Positions 50,640-63,600 are shown, counted from the first letter of the stretch. The stretch is DNA of 64,000 bases from Octopus sinensis (GCF_006345805.1 NC_042998.1:86366001-86430000), one strand, 5' to 3'. Made by a program: numbers and translations. The notes: a model not told the origin generated them from the sequence alone.

Positions 50640-51470
50640 GTTCATAGGGGGGTAATTCAATAAATAACTCTAATCTAACAAAAGTCAACAAGCATTTTTA
50701 TAAGATTATTCTAAGAACATGCCTCAACTTTGATGACTGTTTCAATGCGAGTCACAGATTTTTGACATATCTACACTAAACAGACCTTTTTTTGGACATC
50801 ACCTGGACAATGGCAGTATTCAGTGAAGCTGTGATATCTTGAGTAAATTGATTAGTCTCCCTTGCAACAATAACCCAAATGTAATCAATGGATTTAAATC
50901 TAGTGATTGTGTATGTCACAAGATAGGTGCCATATGACTAAAGATTGTCTAGATTGTCTGGCATTGATTCTTGGATTTTGTTAGATGGTACTGAGTCTTG
51001 TTGAAATATGCATGGCCTTTCACTGGACACTTCACCTATCCAAAGCTTAACAAATGTCTTCCACACTTCGATGTATCCAACAGCTTTAATTCTAATATCT
51101 TGTTAAAAGATGTGAAGTTGTGTGACATGACCTTCATTACTCACCACTCCTAAAACCGTCACAGTTGCTGGAAACTTATTGTTCATTACTCAATGAATAA
51201 CAGAAGGATCTGCACACACTGATGTTTTTCTCATTAAAGAAGAACAAAACATGCTATGTTTGTGAGGGTTCTAGCCTCGTTAAGTAACCACTTGGCATAG
51301 ATCAAATGGTTTTCCTGTTTTCGCTGACATAAATCAGCTTCTCCTCAGTACATATGACTTGTATTAAATGTTTGTGGACCACGATTTTGATAATCCATTC
51401 CACACCTATGGTTCTTTGGTGGTGAGCCTCAATGTTTTCAGAATCATCAATGTTTTGCGCCTGTTGGATG
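50640..51470 (-). mobile_element. Degenerate Tc1/mariner-superfamily transposon, maT (DD37D)-like
   Basis: KFPATV.VLGVVSNEG.V, IFQQDS.P, DLNPLDY.W..V.RETN motifs. Confidence 0.65.
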
Positions 51471-52462
51471 AATTATGGTATCCTTATTATGTCTGAACAT
51501 TTAGAATTTTTTTTTCCTCTTTGATACAATTGAAACATTCTGCCAGAGTCTTTCAATTCCATCTGAACTTTGTATAATAAAAAAGATTGTAAAATATATC
51601 TAAGAGTTGTTAAAGATGAGGGAAATCGAAAGGGTAGGAGGAAAGAGGGCTGATCAGTGGAAAGTACATATTGATAGGGATGAGTAGTGCCATAGTTAGA
51701 AGAGTGATGGGAGGATCTTGCAACATTTGGACAGTTGGCAATTTCTAAATCACTTTGTTCTACACAATGAATGCATATCTTTTCATTTCTCATGTTAACA
51801 TGTTATTTACTATGATGGATCTAGAAAAAACAACCTTTTTAACTGCTTTGAAGAAAATAATATACCGATAAGTAAATTTTCTGAAATACCCTGTATATGC
51901 TGCTCTCAATTATTGTAAGCACATTGAATGAAATTAACCTCATAACTTGAAGCAATCTAATGCTACTACACCATGATATTTGCCTCAATGCATCAGAGGA
52001 ATTACTGACTTCCTTGAAGTGAAGATTAGAAAGATATACATCTTGAAGAACTTCAAAGGGCTTGAAACAACCTTTGTCATTGAAAACTACAAAAGTCCTT
52101 GTAAAGGACACTAGTGCACAATGCCAAAAGTTCAACCTTTGCTATGTAAAGTTTGAACCAAATAGTGCATTGTTTAGGTTTCAAAGGTCCATTGCACTTC
52201 ACATTTTTGCCAAAAAGCTTGGGAAATCTTTTTGGTGTGGATATAAATGTTTTTAAAAGACAACTGGATGTCTTGTTATCTGATATTCCTGATGAACCTA
52301 CTTCATAGTAAATAATGCAAATGAGAGTTGCAGCTTCAAAGAATGAAGGTTAATTAAATTGTAGCAACATCAATGTCAGTATCCCAGTATGTACACAGAT
52401 TGCAGCCAAAATGTGTCCAAGAGTAGAAGAGTAACAGAGGAAATGTGTAAATATATATGTGT

Positions 52463-52507
<45 letters not shown>

Positions 52508-52679
52508 ATTGTTCAGTTTTATTTCAAGATTTCTTGCCAATAGAGAAAAAGCCAGTTTCTAACCTAGATCCAACATCAACAACAGGGTAATTTTGTTTGT
52601 ATGTATGTGTATGTGCAGATTTGTAATTCTGCCTTATGCATGTATTCTCATGCACATAGTTGCATATCTAGACATGCTC

Positions 52680-55600
52680 TTCATCATCATCATCATCGTT
52701 TAACATCCGTTTTCCATGCTGGCATGGGTTGGATGGTTTGACTGGGGATTGGCAAGTCAGGAGGCTGCACCAGGCACCAGTCTGATCTGGCAGTGTTTCT
52801 ACAGCTGGATGCCCTTCCTAACACAACCACTCTAAGAGCGTAGTGGGTGCTTTTTACATGCCACCAGCATGGGAACCAATCAGGTGGCATTGGCATCGGC
52901 CATGTTCGGATGGTGCTTTTTACATGCTACCGGCACAGGATCCAGTTGGGGTGGGAGACTAGCATCAATCATGTTTGGATGGTGCTTTTTACATGCTACC
53001 AGCACAGGAGCCAGTTGGGGCAGGGAGGCTAGCATCAATCATGTTTGAATGGTGCTTTTTACATGCCACCAGCACAGGGAGCCAGTAAGGTAGCAATGGC
53101 AATAACCCATGCATGGATGGTGCTTATTGCGTGCCACCAGCATGGGAGCCAGCCAGATGGCACTGGCAGCTGCCACAACTACAATTTCCATTTGATTGTG
53201 ATTTGATTTTACTTGACTCAATAGGTCTCTTCATGCACGGAATATCGCCCAACGATTCAAAGATACTTTTTAAATGGGCTGGTTATGCGACACTGGTGTA
53301 GGCTATGGCTGTGGTGTCACTTTACTTGCTTGGTCTTCTCAATCACAGTATCTCCAGAGGTCTCGGTCTTTCATCATTGCCCAACATTCGAAGGTCATGC
53401 TTCACTACCTCGTCCCATGTCTTCCTGGATCTCCCTCCTCCATGGGTTCCTTTCACTCTTAGGAGGTGACACTTCTTCACTGAGCTCTCCTCATCCATAT
53501 GCAGCACATAACCATACCATCACAGTGGTCTCACTTACACATCACATCTGATGCTTCTTATGTCCCACATTTCTCTAAGGGTGCTTACACTCTGTCGTGT
53601 GCACACACTGACATTATATATCCAGCGGATCATACCAGCTTCATTTCTTTCAAGCCTGCGCATGTCTTCAGCAGTCACAGCCCATGTTTCACTGCCATGT
53701 AGCATGGCAGTATGCACACATGCATCGTACAATCTATCTTTCACTCTCAGCAAGTGGCCTTTGTCACCAGTACAGCTTTCTGAACTTTGTCCAGGCTATT
53801 CTTATTCTAGTAGCAACACTGCCCGAGCATCCACCCTCACTACAGACTTGGTCACCTAGGTAGAGGAAGCTATCAACTACTTCTAGTTTCTTCCCTTGGC
53901 ATGTGATGGAATCAGTTTTCTGAGCATCTGCGGTGTTTATTACCCCTGTGCATCCGCTGCACACAAAAGCTGTCTTCCCAGTTAACCTTCCTTTGATGTT
54001 GCTTCTCCTCTTATGCATCCATAGCTTACACTGGGTACATCTTATGGAGTTTCTACCTACAACTTTTCTACAGATTGTGCAGGGCCATCTACCTGAAGGG
54101 GTTAATGATGTGTTCACCTTTCTACTTACTGGGACTTTAGTTTTGCAACATTGAATCTAAGGCCCTTCAATTCTAAATCTTGCTTCCACCTGAAATTTCT
54201 TCTCTAGATCTTGTAGTGATTCTGCTATGAGATCAAGATCATCAGCATAGAGGAGCTTCCAGAGGCAACTTGTCTTGAATTCCTGTGTTATTACCTGGAG
54301 GACTATGATGAATAAGAGAGTCCTTAGGGCTGATCCTTGGTGAACCTCTACTTCTACCTGGAATTCTTCACTATGATCATTGGCGACCCTTACCTTACAA
54401 ACGGCATCCCTGTAAAGGTCTTCTACAGCTCTTATTAACCACTTGTCAATCCCTAGTTTCCACATTACCCACCCTGTCAATGGCTTTCTCTAAGTTAACA
54501 AAAGCCAAGTATAGGGGTTTATCTTTTGCTAGGTATTTCTCCTGCAGTTGCCACACCAGGAATATAGCATCAGTGGTGCTTCTACCTGGCATAAAACCAA
54601 ACTGCAAACTCTCTCCTTAATTAGTTGGGCTATCACCCTCTCATGACCTTCATCACCTGATCCAGCAGTTTGATACCCCTGTAGTTATTTCTATCTAAAG
54701 TATCACTATTACGTTTGTAGCAGTTGACTATGGGGCTGCTACACCAGTCATTGGGTACGACTCCTTTGTAAACTACCAGGTTTACAATACAGGTGACTGG
54801 GCCAAAATACACAACACCAGATATTTTAAGCATCTCAGCAATGATTCCTGATGGGCTGGGTGCTTTTCTTAACTTCATATCCTTAATTTCTTTATCTACC
54901 TGGGCACTGTCGTTTCAAGTAGCTGGTCTCTCAATTTGGTCAACCTTTAGCAGACTCTCCTTCTTCCATTCCTTCTCCACATTTAGCAGTCTTTTGTAAT
55001 GGCTTCTCCAAGCCTCTTTTTGCAGAATCTTTAAAAGTAAGTGCACCGTCATCCATGCTGACACATTTCTCCCCTGTGACATCATATTTTTTCTCACACA
55101 CTGTCTTGCAATCCAAAATACTTCAGTTCTTTGGTCCTCACATCGCTGAACATCGAAAACCTCTTCTTTTCTGCCTCTCCTTAGCTTTGTATACCTGTTC
55201 CCAGCCTCCCTCTCTGGCTATCTGGTACAGTTCCTTGCTACCCCCACTCTTCCAGGCTTTCCAGGCCTGTTTGTTTGCTCTAATGGCCTTGTCTACTGTA
55301 TTATTCCACCACCACGTTACTCTAGGTCTGGAAGGGACTTTACACTAGCCACAGATTTGATCTGTGGTGCTCAGTAAGCTGTCCTATGGGAATTCCCAGT
55401 TACCCTCTATGTCCAAAGTCTAGCTCTTCTTCCCTTTCATCAAATTTCTCAATGAGGATGTCCCTAAATCTCTGAATATGTGAAGGATTCTTTAGCTTCC
55501 AAAGCCTTCTTTTCTGGATTGGTCTGCTTCCTGGCATCCTTCTATAATGTGACTCATGACTAGTCTATGCTGGGGGGGGGGGTGCATTCTTCACCAGGAA

Positions 55601-56040
55601 GGGTCTTTGTATTTAAGAGCAATCTTGCATCCCACTGCCTGGTGAGGATAAAATCGATTTGGCTAGCAAAGTCACCTGATTGATAGGTTATCAGGTGGCT
55701 GTCTGGCTTCCTGAAGTTAGTGTTGCAGATTAATAGGTTGCATGCATCACAGAACTCTAGTAGCCTAGTTCCCTCTTCATTTCGGGAACCAATTCTATGA
55801 CCCCTGTGAATACCATGGAAGATACCATATTACCATCTGACTTGCCCATTAAAATTTCCAGCCACAAAGATGAAGTCATTGCCACTCGTCTTTAAGGTAG
55901 CCTATAGAAGGGTATCATAAAAGTGGTCCTTCTGATTGTTTGGTAGGCCCACTGGTGGGGCATAGGCAGAGATAATTGTGGCTTTACTATTCTGCAGAAC
56001 TAGTTTGAGCTTAAGCACTCTATTGCAGGTATGATAGAGG
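52680..56040 (-). mobile_element. Long decayed RTE LINE (endonuclease, RT, Cys-rich domain, 3' UTR, tail)
   Basis: TIISAYAP, KAP.PSGI.AEMLK, NYRGIKLL, VHQGS, LLYADDL, WPCTICRK.VG.NSI.CTQCKLW.HK, MLHGSETWA, (CAT)n tail. Confidence 0.92.
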
Positions 56041-56057
56041 GGATAGGTTTTCCTGTG

Positions 56058-56207
56058 AGAGAAGAGTGATATCTGACGATGGTGGTAGGAGAAGTGAGAG
56101 ATCCGGTAATGGTGGTAGAAGAGAGATCCCGTAATGGTAGTGGGAGAAGAGAGAGATATCCGGTATTGGTGGTAAGAGAAGAGAGAGATATCAAGTATTG
56201 GTGGTGG
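56058..56207. repeat. About 30-bp purine-rich minisatellite (about 5 units)
   Basis: Unit resembles GAGAAGAGAGAGATATCCGGTAATGGTGGTA, at the truncated 5' edge of the long RTE. Confidence 0.75.
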
Positions 56208-56487
56208 GGCTGGGAATGGGTGGGCGCACCACAAAAAAGCAAAGGTTAATTTAGGAGATTTCATTTAGAAAATTACATGAAGAATTAAGGTGAAATAAAC
56301 AAATTACATGAAGAATTAAGGTGGAACAAACAAGCAAGGGTTGATTCAGAGAGTTGGTATGAAAAAATATGTAGTCAACTTTAAATTTCATCAAGAAAAT
56401 TACATGAAGAATTAAGGTGAAATGAAGGCTGAGGGAGAGAGATTAGGAAGTAATATATTGAACGGTCAATTGAAATAATTCTTTTCT

Positions 56488-56700
56488 TGTCTAGGCACAA
56501 GGCCCAAAATTTTGGTGGGAGGGGTTCAGTCAATTAAATTGACCCCAGTGCGTAACTGGTACTTAATTTATCGACTCCAAAAGGATGAAAGGCAAAATTG
56601 ATCTCGGTGGAAATTGAACTCAGAACGTAAAGACAGATGAACTTCTGCTAAGCATTTCATCCAGCGTGCTGACATTTCTGCCAGCTCGCTTCTTTTCATT
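56488..56700 (-). mobile_element. Family-1 SINE (another minus copy at about 44750-44900)
   Basis: Reverse complement of the GAGTTCAA...GAG(G/A)TC core. Confidence 0.72.
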
Positions 56701-57149
56701 TTAAATAATTAGCTTATGAAAGCAGGTATTAGTAAATACACATTAAAGTATTAATAGTGATGATGGATGAATGCGTGAAAAGGTCGAAAAAAATGAGAGA
56801 ATATCTTAGTTTAGCAATGCATAACTGGGCATCTAAGAAACGTTTGCATTGGAAAGAGTTGTGTGAAAAGCAGGGAAGAAAGCTTGTGAGTAAGTGTTTT
56901 ATAGACATGCTATGGCTGGAAGTGGACATTATGGAGGGTGCTGAAGACAATAGCAATGATAGTAACAGAGTAGCATAAGAAGCCATAGTGAGTGGGAAGG
57001 AATAAGAGAATAGTACGAAAAGTACTTAGCCACCATGAACAAGCAAGGGTTAATTTAGGAGATTCCATTTAGAAAATTAGATGATGAATTAAGGTGAAAC
57101 GAAGGCAGAGAGAGAGAGAGAGAGAGAGAGATTAGGAAGTTATATATTG

Positions 57150-58100
57150 AAGGGTCAACTACAAAGTTTTATAGATTTTTACAGTTCCAGTGATAAATTT
57201 GATCTGTAGTTTTCGAATTTGCTTTCTCCTCTCTGATTTTGAGAAGCCTAATTTCTCAAGATTGGTATTTAGGTGGTGTGTTATATATCTCAGGGCCCCA
57301 AGAATTACAGGTATAAACCTGAACTTGTAATCTGGATAGAGTAACTGCAGATTTCTCAATAGTTCAGTGTAGGTGTTCTCATTTTCACTGATTGTCAGCT
57401 TTATGTTAACATCTGCTGGGCAGCTAATTTCCACAGCTGTGCACAGTTTCTCTTCTCTATCTCAAATCAGGTCTGCTGTGTTTACATTTTATTGAGGTCT
57501 TCACTGGTACATTCCATCAGTATTCCTTTTTATTATGAGTGGCTATGGCTTCTACCATACTGTAGGTTCTTATTTCTTTGGCCTTGGGGTTATTCTTCCA
57601 ATGGATTTCATTATAGAGTGTCCTAGCTACAACATCATGTCTCATTGGTAGATAATGCCATGATGACATTTTCAGACAACTACTTATGATGTGGCTGATA
57701 TCTTCTGTGTTAACTACACAAAGTATGCATTGGTTGTCACATTTTACTGCTTTTCTTGCATCTCTATCCCTTTTGTGCATCAGGTACTTGGTTAATATTT
57801 CCCGTTCCTGGATTGCAAACACATATCCTTTAAAGAGGGAGGTAGTAATCCGGCTATTGGTCCATGATAAACTGCTTTGATGATCAATGTTACTATCATT
57901 TTGGAGCTTTCTACTAACACTCATGCATAGTCTTCTGCTCATACAGGCTCATCCTTTCATCCGATGATACGTTACAGTAGAGTCGTGCGACTTCTTTGGG
58001 CATGTATTCTAGGTTATGAGACAATGAATGTTGCAGAAGGAGCTGCTTTCCAAGTCTTATGACGTTATCAGTCTCATGTATGCAAACTTGGTGAGGGGAT
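57150..58100 (-). mobile_element. RLE-type non-LTR retrotransposon 3' part (family distinct from the R4-like copies)
   Basis: GY.FAIQE.EI.TKY, C..C....EDISHIISSC, RHDVVA, EISCP.D.N...Y..L.RNLQ..YPDYKF..P.ILGA. Confidence 0.78.
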
Positions 58101-58308
58101 GCACTTCAACACTTGGTGTATGCATGTATGTTCTTGGATATAATCATCATTATCATCATCATCATTTAACATCCAGTTTTTATGCCAACATGGTTTGAAT
58201 AGTTTGACAGGATTGGACAAGCCATGGGACTATGGTTTCTATGGCTGGATACTTTCCTTAACACCAGTAACTTTATAAAGTGTGTATGTATATGTATGCC
58301 TATGTATG

Positions 58309-58345
<37 letters not shown>

Positions 58346-58346
58346 G

Positions 58347-58387
<41 letters not shown>

Positions 58388-58398
58388 CACACAAACAT

Positions 58399-58431
<33 letters not shown>

Positions 58432-58714
58432 CACACACACGCCACACACATATATATATATATATATCACACACACACACATATATAATATGTATCATCA
58501 TCATCATCATCGTTTAACGTCCGTTCTCCATGCTAGCAGGGTTGGACGGTTCGACCGGGGATCTGGGAAGCCAGGAGGCTGCACCAGGCTCCAGTCTTAT
58601 CTGGCAATGTTTCTACAGCTGGATGCCCTTCCTAACGCCAACCACTCCGTGAGTGTAGTGGGTGCTTTTTACGTGCCACCTGCACTGTATATATATATAT
58701 ATATATATAAACTA

Positions 58715-58918
58715 TCAATAATACTATTCCACAGCCAAACCAACAAGAACTGGAGACTGGTTTATTTGAAGTATGGACAAAAATTCCTTTGGAAACAATT
58801 CAAACTTTGTAAGAGTCCAGAATTCAAGCTGTTATTACTGCCAAAGGTGGTCCTACCCCATATTAAAATAAATTTGTTTGAAATTTTAAGGTATTTCCAT
58901 TATTTTGTCCAACCACTG
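58715..58918 (+). mobile_element. Tc1-like transposon 3' end
   Basis: RIQAVITAKGGPTPY-stop, then a TIR-like end ATTATTTTGTCCAACCACTG followed by TA. Confidence 0.75.
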
Positions 58919-59147
58919 TATAATCATCAGCATCATCATGATCGTTTAATGTCCGTTTTCCATGCTGGCATGGGTTGGATGGTTCGACTGGGGTCTGGAA
59001 AGCCAGGAGACTGCACCAGACTCCAGTCTGATCTGGCAATGTTTCTACAGCTGGATGCCCTTCCTAATGCCAGCTGCTTCAAGAGTGTAGTGGGTGTTTT
59101 TTACGTGCTATCGGCACAGGGGCCAGAGGGGGCTGGCATCAACCACA

Positions 59148-59216
<69 letters not shown>

Positions 59217-59299
59217 GTCATAGTAAGTAACTAGATGACCCTGCTCAGTCTGTAGAAAAGGTGTAGGTAGAAACTTCATAAGATGTACCCAGTGTAAGG

Positions 59300-60430
59300 T
59301 TTGGACACAAAAGGTGCAGCAACACCAGAGGAAGGTTAACAGGGAAACTAACTTTTGTGTGTGGAAGGTGCACAGTTACAATAAATGCTGCAAATGTGCA
59401 GAAAATAGACTGCCAGGGGGCAAGCTAGAGATAGTAGATAGCTTCTGTTATCTAAGTGACCAAGTTAGTAGTGGAGGTGGATGTTCTGAAAACATAGCTG
59501 TGAGAATAAGATTAGGCTGGGCAATGTTTAGAGAGCTCCTACTCCTGCTGGCAACAAAGGGCCTCTCTCTCAGATTGAAAGGCAGATTGTTTGATGACTG
59601 TGTGCAAACAGCTATGCTGCATGGCAGTGAAACATAGGCTATGACAGCCGATTACATGCATAGACTTGAAAGAAATGAAGCCACTATGCTTCACTGGGTG
59701 TGCAACATCAGTGTGCATGTTCAACAGAGTGTACGCATTTTGAGAGAAAAGTTAGGCACAAGAGGAATCAGATGTGGTGTGCAAGAGAGATGACTGTGCT
59801 GGTATGGTCATGTGATACCTATGGACGAGGACAGCTGAGTAAAGACGTGCTGGTCTCTAATTGTGGAAGAAACCTGTGTTATAGGTAGACCCAGGAAGAC
59901 ATGGGATGAGATGGTGAAGCATGATCTTTGAACTTTGAGCCTCACAGAGGCAATGTCTGGTGACGGAGACCTTTGGTAATGTGCTGTGCTTGAGAGAACC
60001 TGTCAAACCAAGTGCATCCATGCTGGTGGTATGTAAAGGACATCTTTTGAACATTGGGCCTCACAGAGGCAAAGTGACTGAGTTCCTTTCAAGTGTTGGG
60101 CTGCATGGTGGCAAAGTAGCCAAGTTCCTTTTGAGTGTTGGGCCTCATGGAGGCAATGATCAAGACCTTTGGCATTATGTAATGCTTGAGAAGACCCATC
60201 AAGCCAGGCAAAATTGTTGTCGTGTCAAACATATTGGCACGTAAATGCACCCCAGCATCATGCAAATGACCTGTGCTGGTGGTATGTAAAAGCACCCATT
60301 ACACTCAGAGTGGTTGGTGTTAGGAAGGGCATCTGGCTGTAGAAAACCATGCCAAATCAGACTGGAGTCTGGTGTAGCCTTCCAACCTATTACAGCATGG
60401 ACAATGGACATTAAATGATGATGATGATAT
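59300..60430 (+). mobile_element. RTE LINE 3' part with short 42-bp array and (GAT)n tail
   Basis: LEIVDSFCYL.DQVSSGGGCSE, KGLSLRLKGRLFD.CVQTAMLHGSET, RPRKTWD. Confidence 0.85.
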
Positions 60431-60661
60431 ATATATTTAAATCAACTTATACACATTATTTTTTTAGTATCCATTGTTCCATACTGGCCTATTGCACAGC
60501 TTATCATATCACCATTCATTTTAGTTTCCTTTGTTTCCTCACCTGGGATGTGCAACGTACTAAAAGGAATGTTAGGGAAATAGAAATGTAATAGCGTGTA
60601 CATAAATTATATTCTACAATGAATTGAAGATAGAATGAAATAATTTTAAACTTAATTTCAG

Positions 60662-60778
60662 GATGGAAACTTTACAGCAAATGCTTCTGTATGGATCCAA
60701 GTTGAGGATGTTCAAGATATGCCACCAGCATTTACAAGTTCCGGCTTTGTTGAAAAAATCAAGGAAAATTCAAGCAAG
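60662..60778 (+). CDS. Cadherin exon on the plus strand (EC linker DVQD-PP-F)
   Basis: Acceptor TAATTTCAG, donor GTAATA, 117 nt, phase 0/0. Encodes DGNFTANASVWIQVEDVQDMPPAFTSSGFVEKIKENSSK and joins the 47900-48019 exon in frame (TVQVF|DG). Confidence 0.87.
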
Positions 60779-61179
60779 GTAATACATTACATTTCCAGTT
60801 CAGTTTTTATTGTTAGTTTTGGTGAAAAATAATCACAAAAAATGTTTAAAAATTATATATGCATATTTAATTGTTCTGTATGTATGTCTGCATGTTTGTA
60901 TATTATGTATACATGCCCACACCATCATTTGATCTTCACATTTCCATGCTTGCATTAGTTGGATGAAATTTATGTAGGTAGATTTTTTTTTACAGCCAGA
61001 TACTCTTCCTGATACCAACCTTCACCTGTTTCCAAGTGAGGTGATATTCCCTGTGGCCAGACATGTCTTTCTGTTGAAGATTGGAAACAACTACATGGCT
61101 TGTATGATGGTGTTGATCATTTACAATCTTCATGTGATGTCAGGACAAGGGTACACACATACACACACATGAAGATACG

Positions 61180-61223
<44 letters not shown>

Positions 61224-61225
61224 GT

Positions 61226-61975
61226 ATTCAATACACATAAAGGGCGAAATATAATTAATTTAATAAAATTAATAAATTTCACCTAGTAGTTTTTTCGGTA
61301 TGGAAATGACCATATTTGGTAAGGATTATATTAATTATAATAAAGGGTTAATTGCAACAAGTTGCTCAAAACCACATACTGAAAATATTAGAAATAGTAG
61401 CCAAATAGGTCACTATTTCTACTACTAGTAAAAAAGTCTCCACAAACAAACAGAATTTGTAACCCGTATATGGTTATTAAATTAATTATATTTCACCCTT
61501 TATGTGTATTGAATACTATTACTCCCATACAATGAATCTGCGAAACTTCATTTCGTTGGTAAAGTTTTTGTAACTCACGTGGTAATTTTGAAGGGAGATA
61601 CGAATTCGCCTGTCTATATAAATGTGGAGATGCTAGCGGACTGTTATATCGTTCGATGTCGCCTGTTCGAGTTGATGTAATGGGTGAGTTTTTTTTCTAG
61701 CATTTCTAGATTTATAGGAAATATTATGTTGACAAGGAAATGAACTTTCGATTCTAATCCAGAAACGAATTCGTCCATAATTAATCCAATAGGCTGGGAT
61801 TTCGTTGTCTTCTTTCTCTTTACCATATACGGGTTACAAATTCAGTTTGTTTGTGGAGACTTTTTTACTAGTAGTAGAAATAGTGACCTATTTGGCTGCT
61901 ATTTCTAATATTTTTGGTATGTGGTTTTGAGCAACTTGTTGCAATTAACCCTTCATTATAATTAATATGTATGTA
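61226..61975. repeat. Nested inverted repeats, probable Penelope-like remnant
   Basis: About 61330-61475 inverted against about 61822-61965; about 61226-61260 inverted against about 61478-61513. Confidence 0.6.
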
Positions 61976-62434
61976 TGTATAATGGTCTTTTTTCAGCTTC
62001 TATCTACCAAATCCACTCATAAGGCTTTGGTCAGACTTTGGCTACTGTAAAATAATTTGCTGATCATGAAGGAAACTAAGTGTACAAGCTACATACAAAG
62101 ATGCTTTGCATGGGGCCATTGTGAGGAATGCATGCACCAAATTCCAGAGCCTTCTTGAGGCATTGGTAGAAGTTGAGAGTGGCTACTTTGAATACCGATA
62201 ATCTAATATTTTTTGATGTTTTAAAATAATTTATTTTTTGATTGGATACTGTGTTTTCTTTACTTTTCCCTCACTGACTTCACCACAGTTTCTATGCCTC
62301 TCAAATGCCCTTATCTTCCTCACTCTCTGACCTACCTGCATGGCCCATTCACACCTCTCTTGCCTTCAATGACTCTGGATTTCTCTATCTTTGTGACTTC
62401 TTTCTGTTCTATATTTTAAAGATGAGGTATTCTG

Positions 62435-63600
62435 TTCATTATCTACATTATTGGATGGATGTGTCTTCATCTTGTTTGTTGTTATCACAATGTTTTGGCT
62501 GATTTACTCTCCAGCCTGGTGTAATTTTGTCTGTTGTTCTGGTGGAATTTCGAACCCAACCCTGGTATTTTTTGCTGGTGTTATTATTATTTATTCAAGG
62601 CACTGCCTGGAATTGAACTTGGAATCTTGGAGTTAGTAGCCCATGCCCTTAACTATTTTGCTATATGCCCGTGGGCAATTACAGAGTAAATTTTAGGGCT
62701 TATAAACTTGATATTTTCCTATCCTTCCTTAATACCAGTATCCATATTCTACTCATATCTGCACTAGGTTTGCTTAGGAGATTATTGTGTCATAGCATAT
62801 GTGCTGCTTGTTTTAGGAAGAGGAGAGAGGATGAAACCTATAAACTGACCACAGTCTGTTTCCCCTGTGTGAAAGACCTCTCAGAAAAGATACAAAAGAT
62901 ATGCGGTTCATATGACATCAGGACAGTATTCAAAAGTATAACAAAACACTTAGCAAATATCTCTTTCAAGTAAACCACCAATAGAAGAGAATATGACCAA
63001 AGATTGTGTGTACTCCATCCCATGCAGTTGTGGTAGGTTATACAAAGGCAAAACATATCGCCCACTCAAAATAAGAGTAGAGGAACATTTTAAAGCTGTG
63101 ACATGAGGAGATGTTGAAAAATAAAAGAAGCAGCACATATGCTAGGACACAATAACCTCCTAAGCAGACCTAGTGCAGATATGATCATGTATGGAGAAAC
63201 GGAGACCACCTTCACCTGTGGGATGAAGTTAAAATAATAGACAGAGAACACCACTGGAAAATATGAAAACTAAAAGAAGCAGCATATATACTAGGACACA
63301 ATAACCTCCTAAGCAGACTTAGTGCAGATACGAGTAGAATATGGGTACCAGTATTAAGGAAGGATAGGAAAATATTAGATTTATAAGCCCATATAGTGAA
63401 ATGGTTAAGACTAACCCCAATATTCCAAGTTCAATTCCAAGCAGTGCCTTGAATAAATAATAATAACACCAGCAAAAAATTCCAGGGTTGGGTTCAAAAT
63501 ACCACCAGGACACCTGATGAAGGCAGGAGAGTAAATCAGCCGAAACATTGTGGTAACAACAAACAAGATGAGGACACATCCGTCCAATGTAAATAATGTA
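62435..63600 (+). mobile_element. Penelope-like element remnant: GIY-YIG fragment flanked by about 330-370-bp inverted pseudo-LTRs
   Basis: V.FP.VK.LSEKIQKICG.YDIRTVF, VYSIPCSCGRLYKG.T.RPLKIRVEEH.KAV at about 62850-63110. Inverted flanks about 62435-62809 and 63275-63600. Confidence 0.85.
63511..63552 (+). ncRNA. Minimal hammerhead ribozyme-like motif in the Penelope pseudo-LTR
   Basis: CAC CUGAUGA A GGC-AGGAGAGUAAAUCA-GCC GAAAC AUU GUG. Stem I is CAC/GUG and stem II is GGC/GCC. Probable decay mismatches at A63525 and A63547. Confidence 0.6.

Noticed and set aside
56237-57160. Direct repeats (about 56237-56480 and 57042-57160) as LTRs of a small element
   Set aside because: No TG...CA ends, PBS, PPT or TSD were seen, and the interior is a SINE plus low-complexity sequence. 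A local duplication is more likely.
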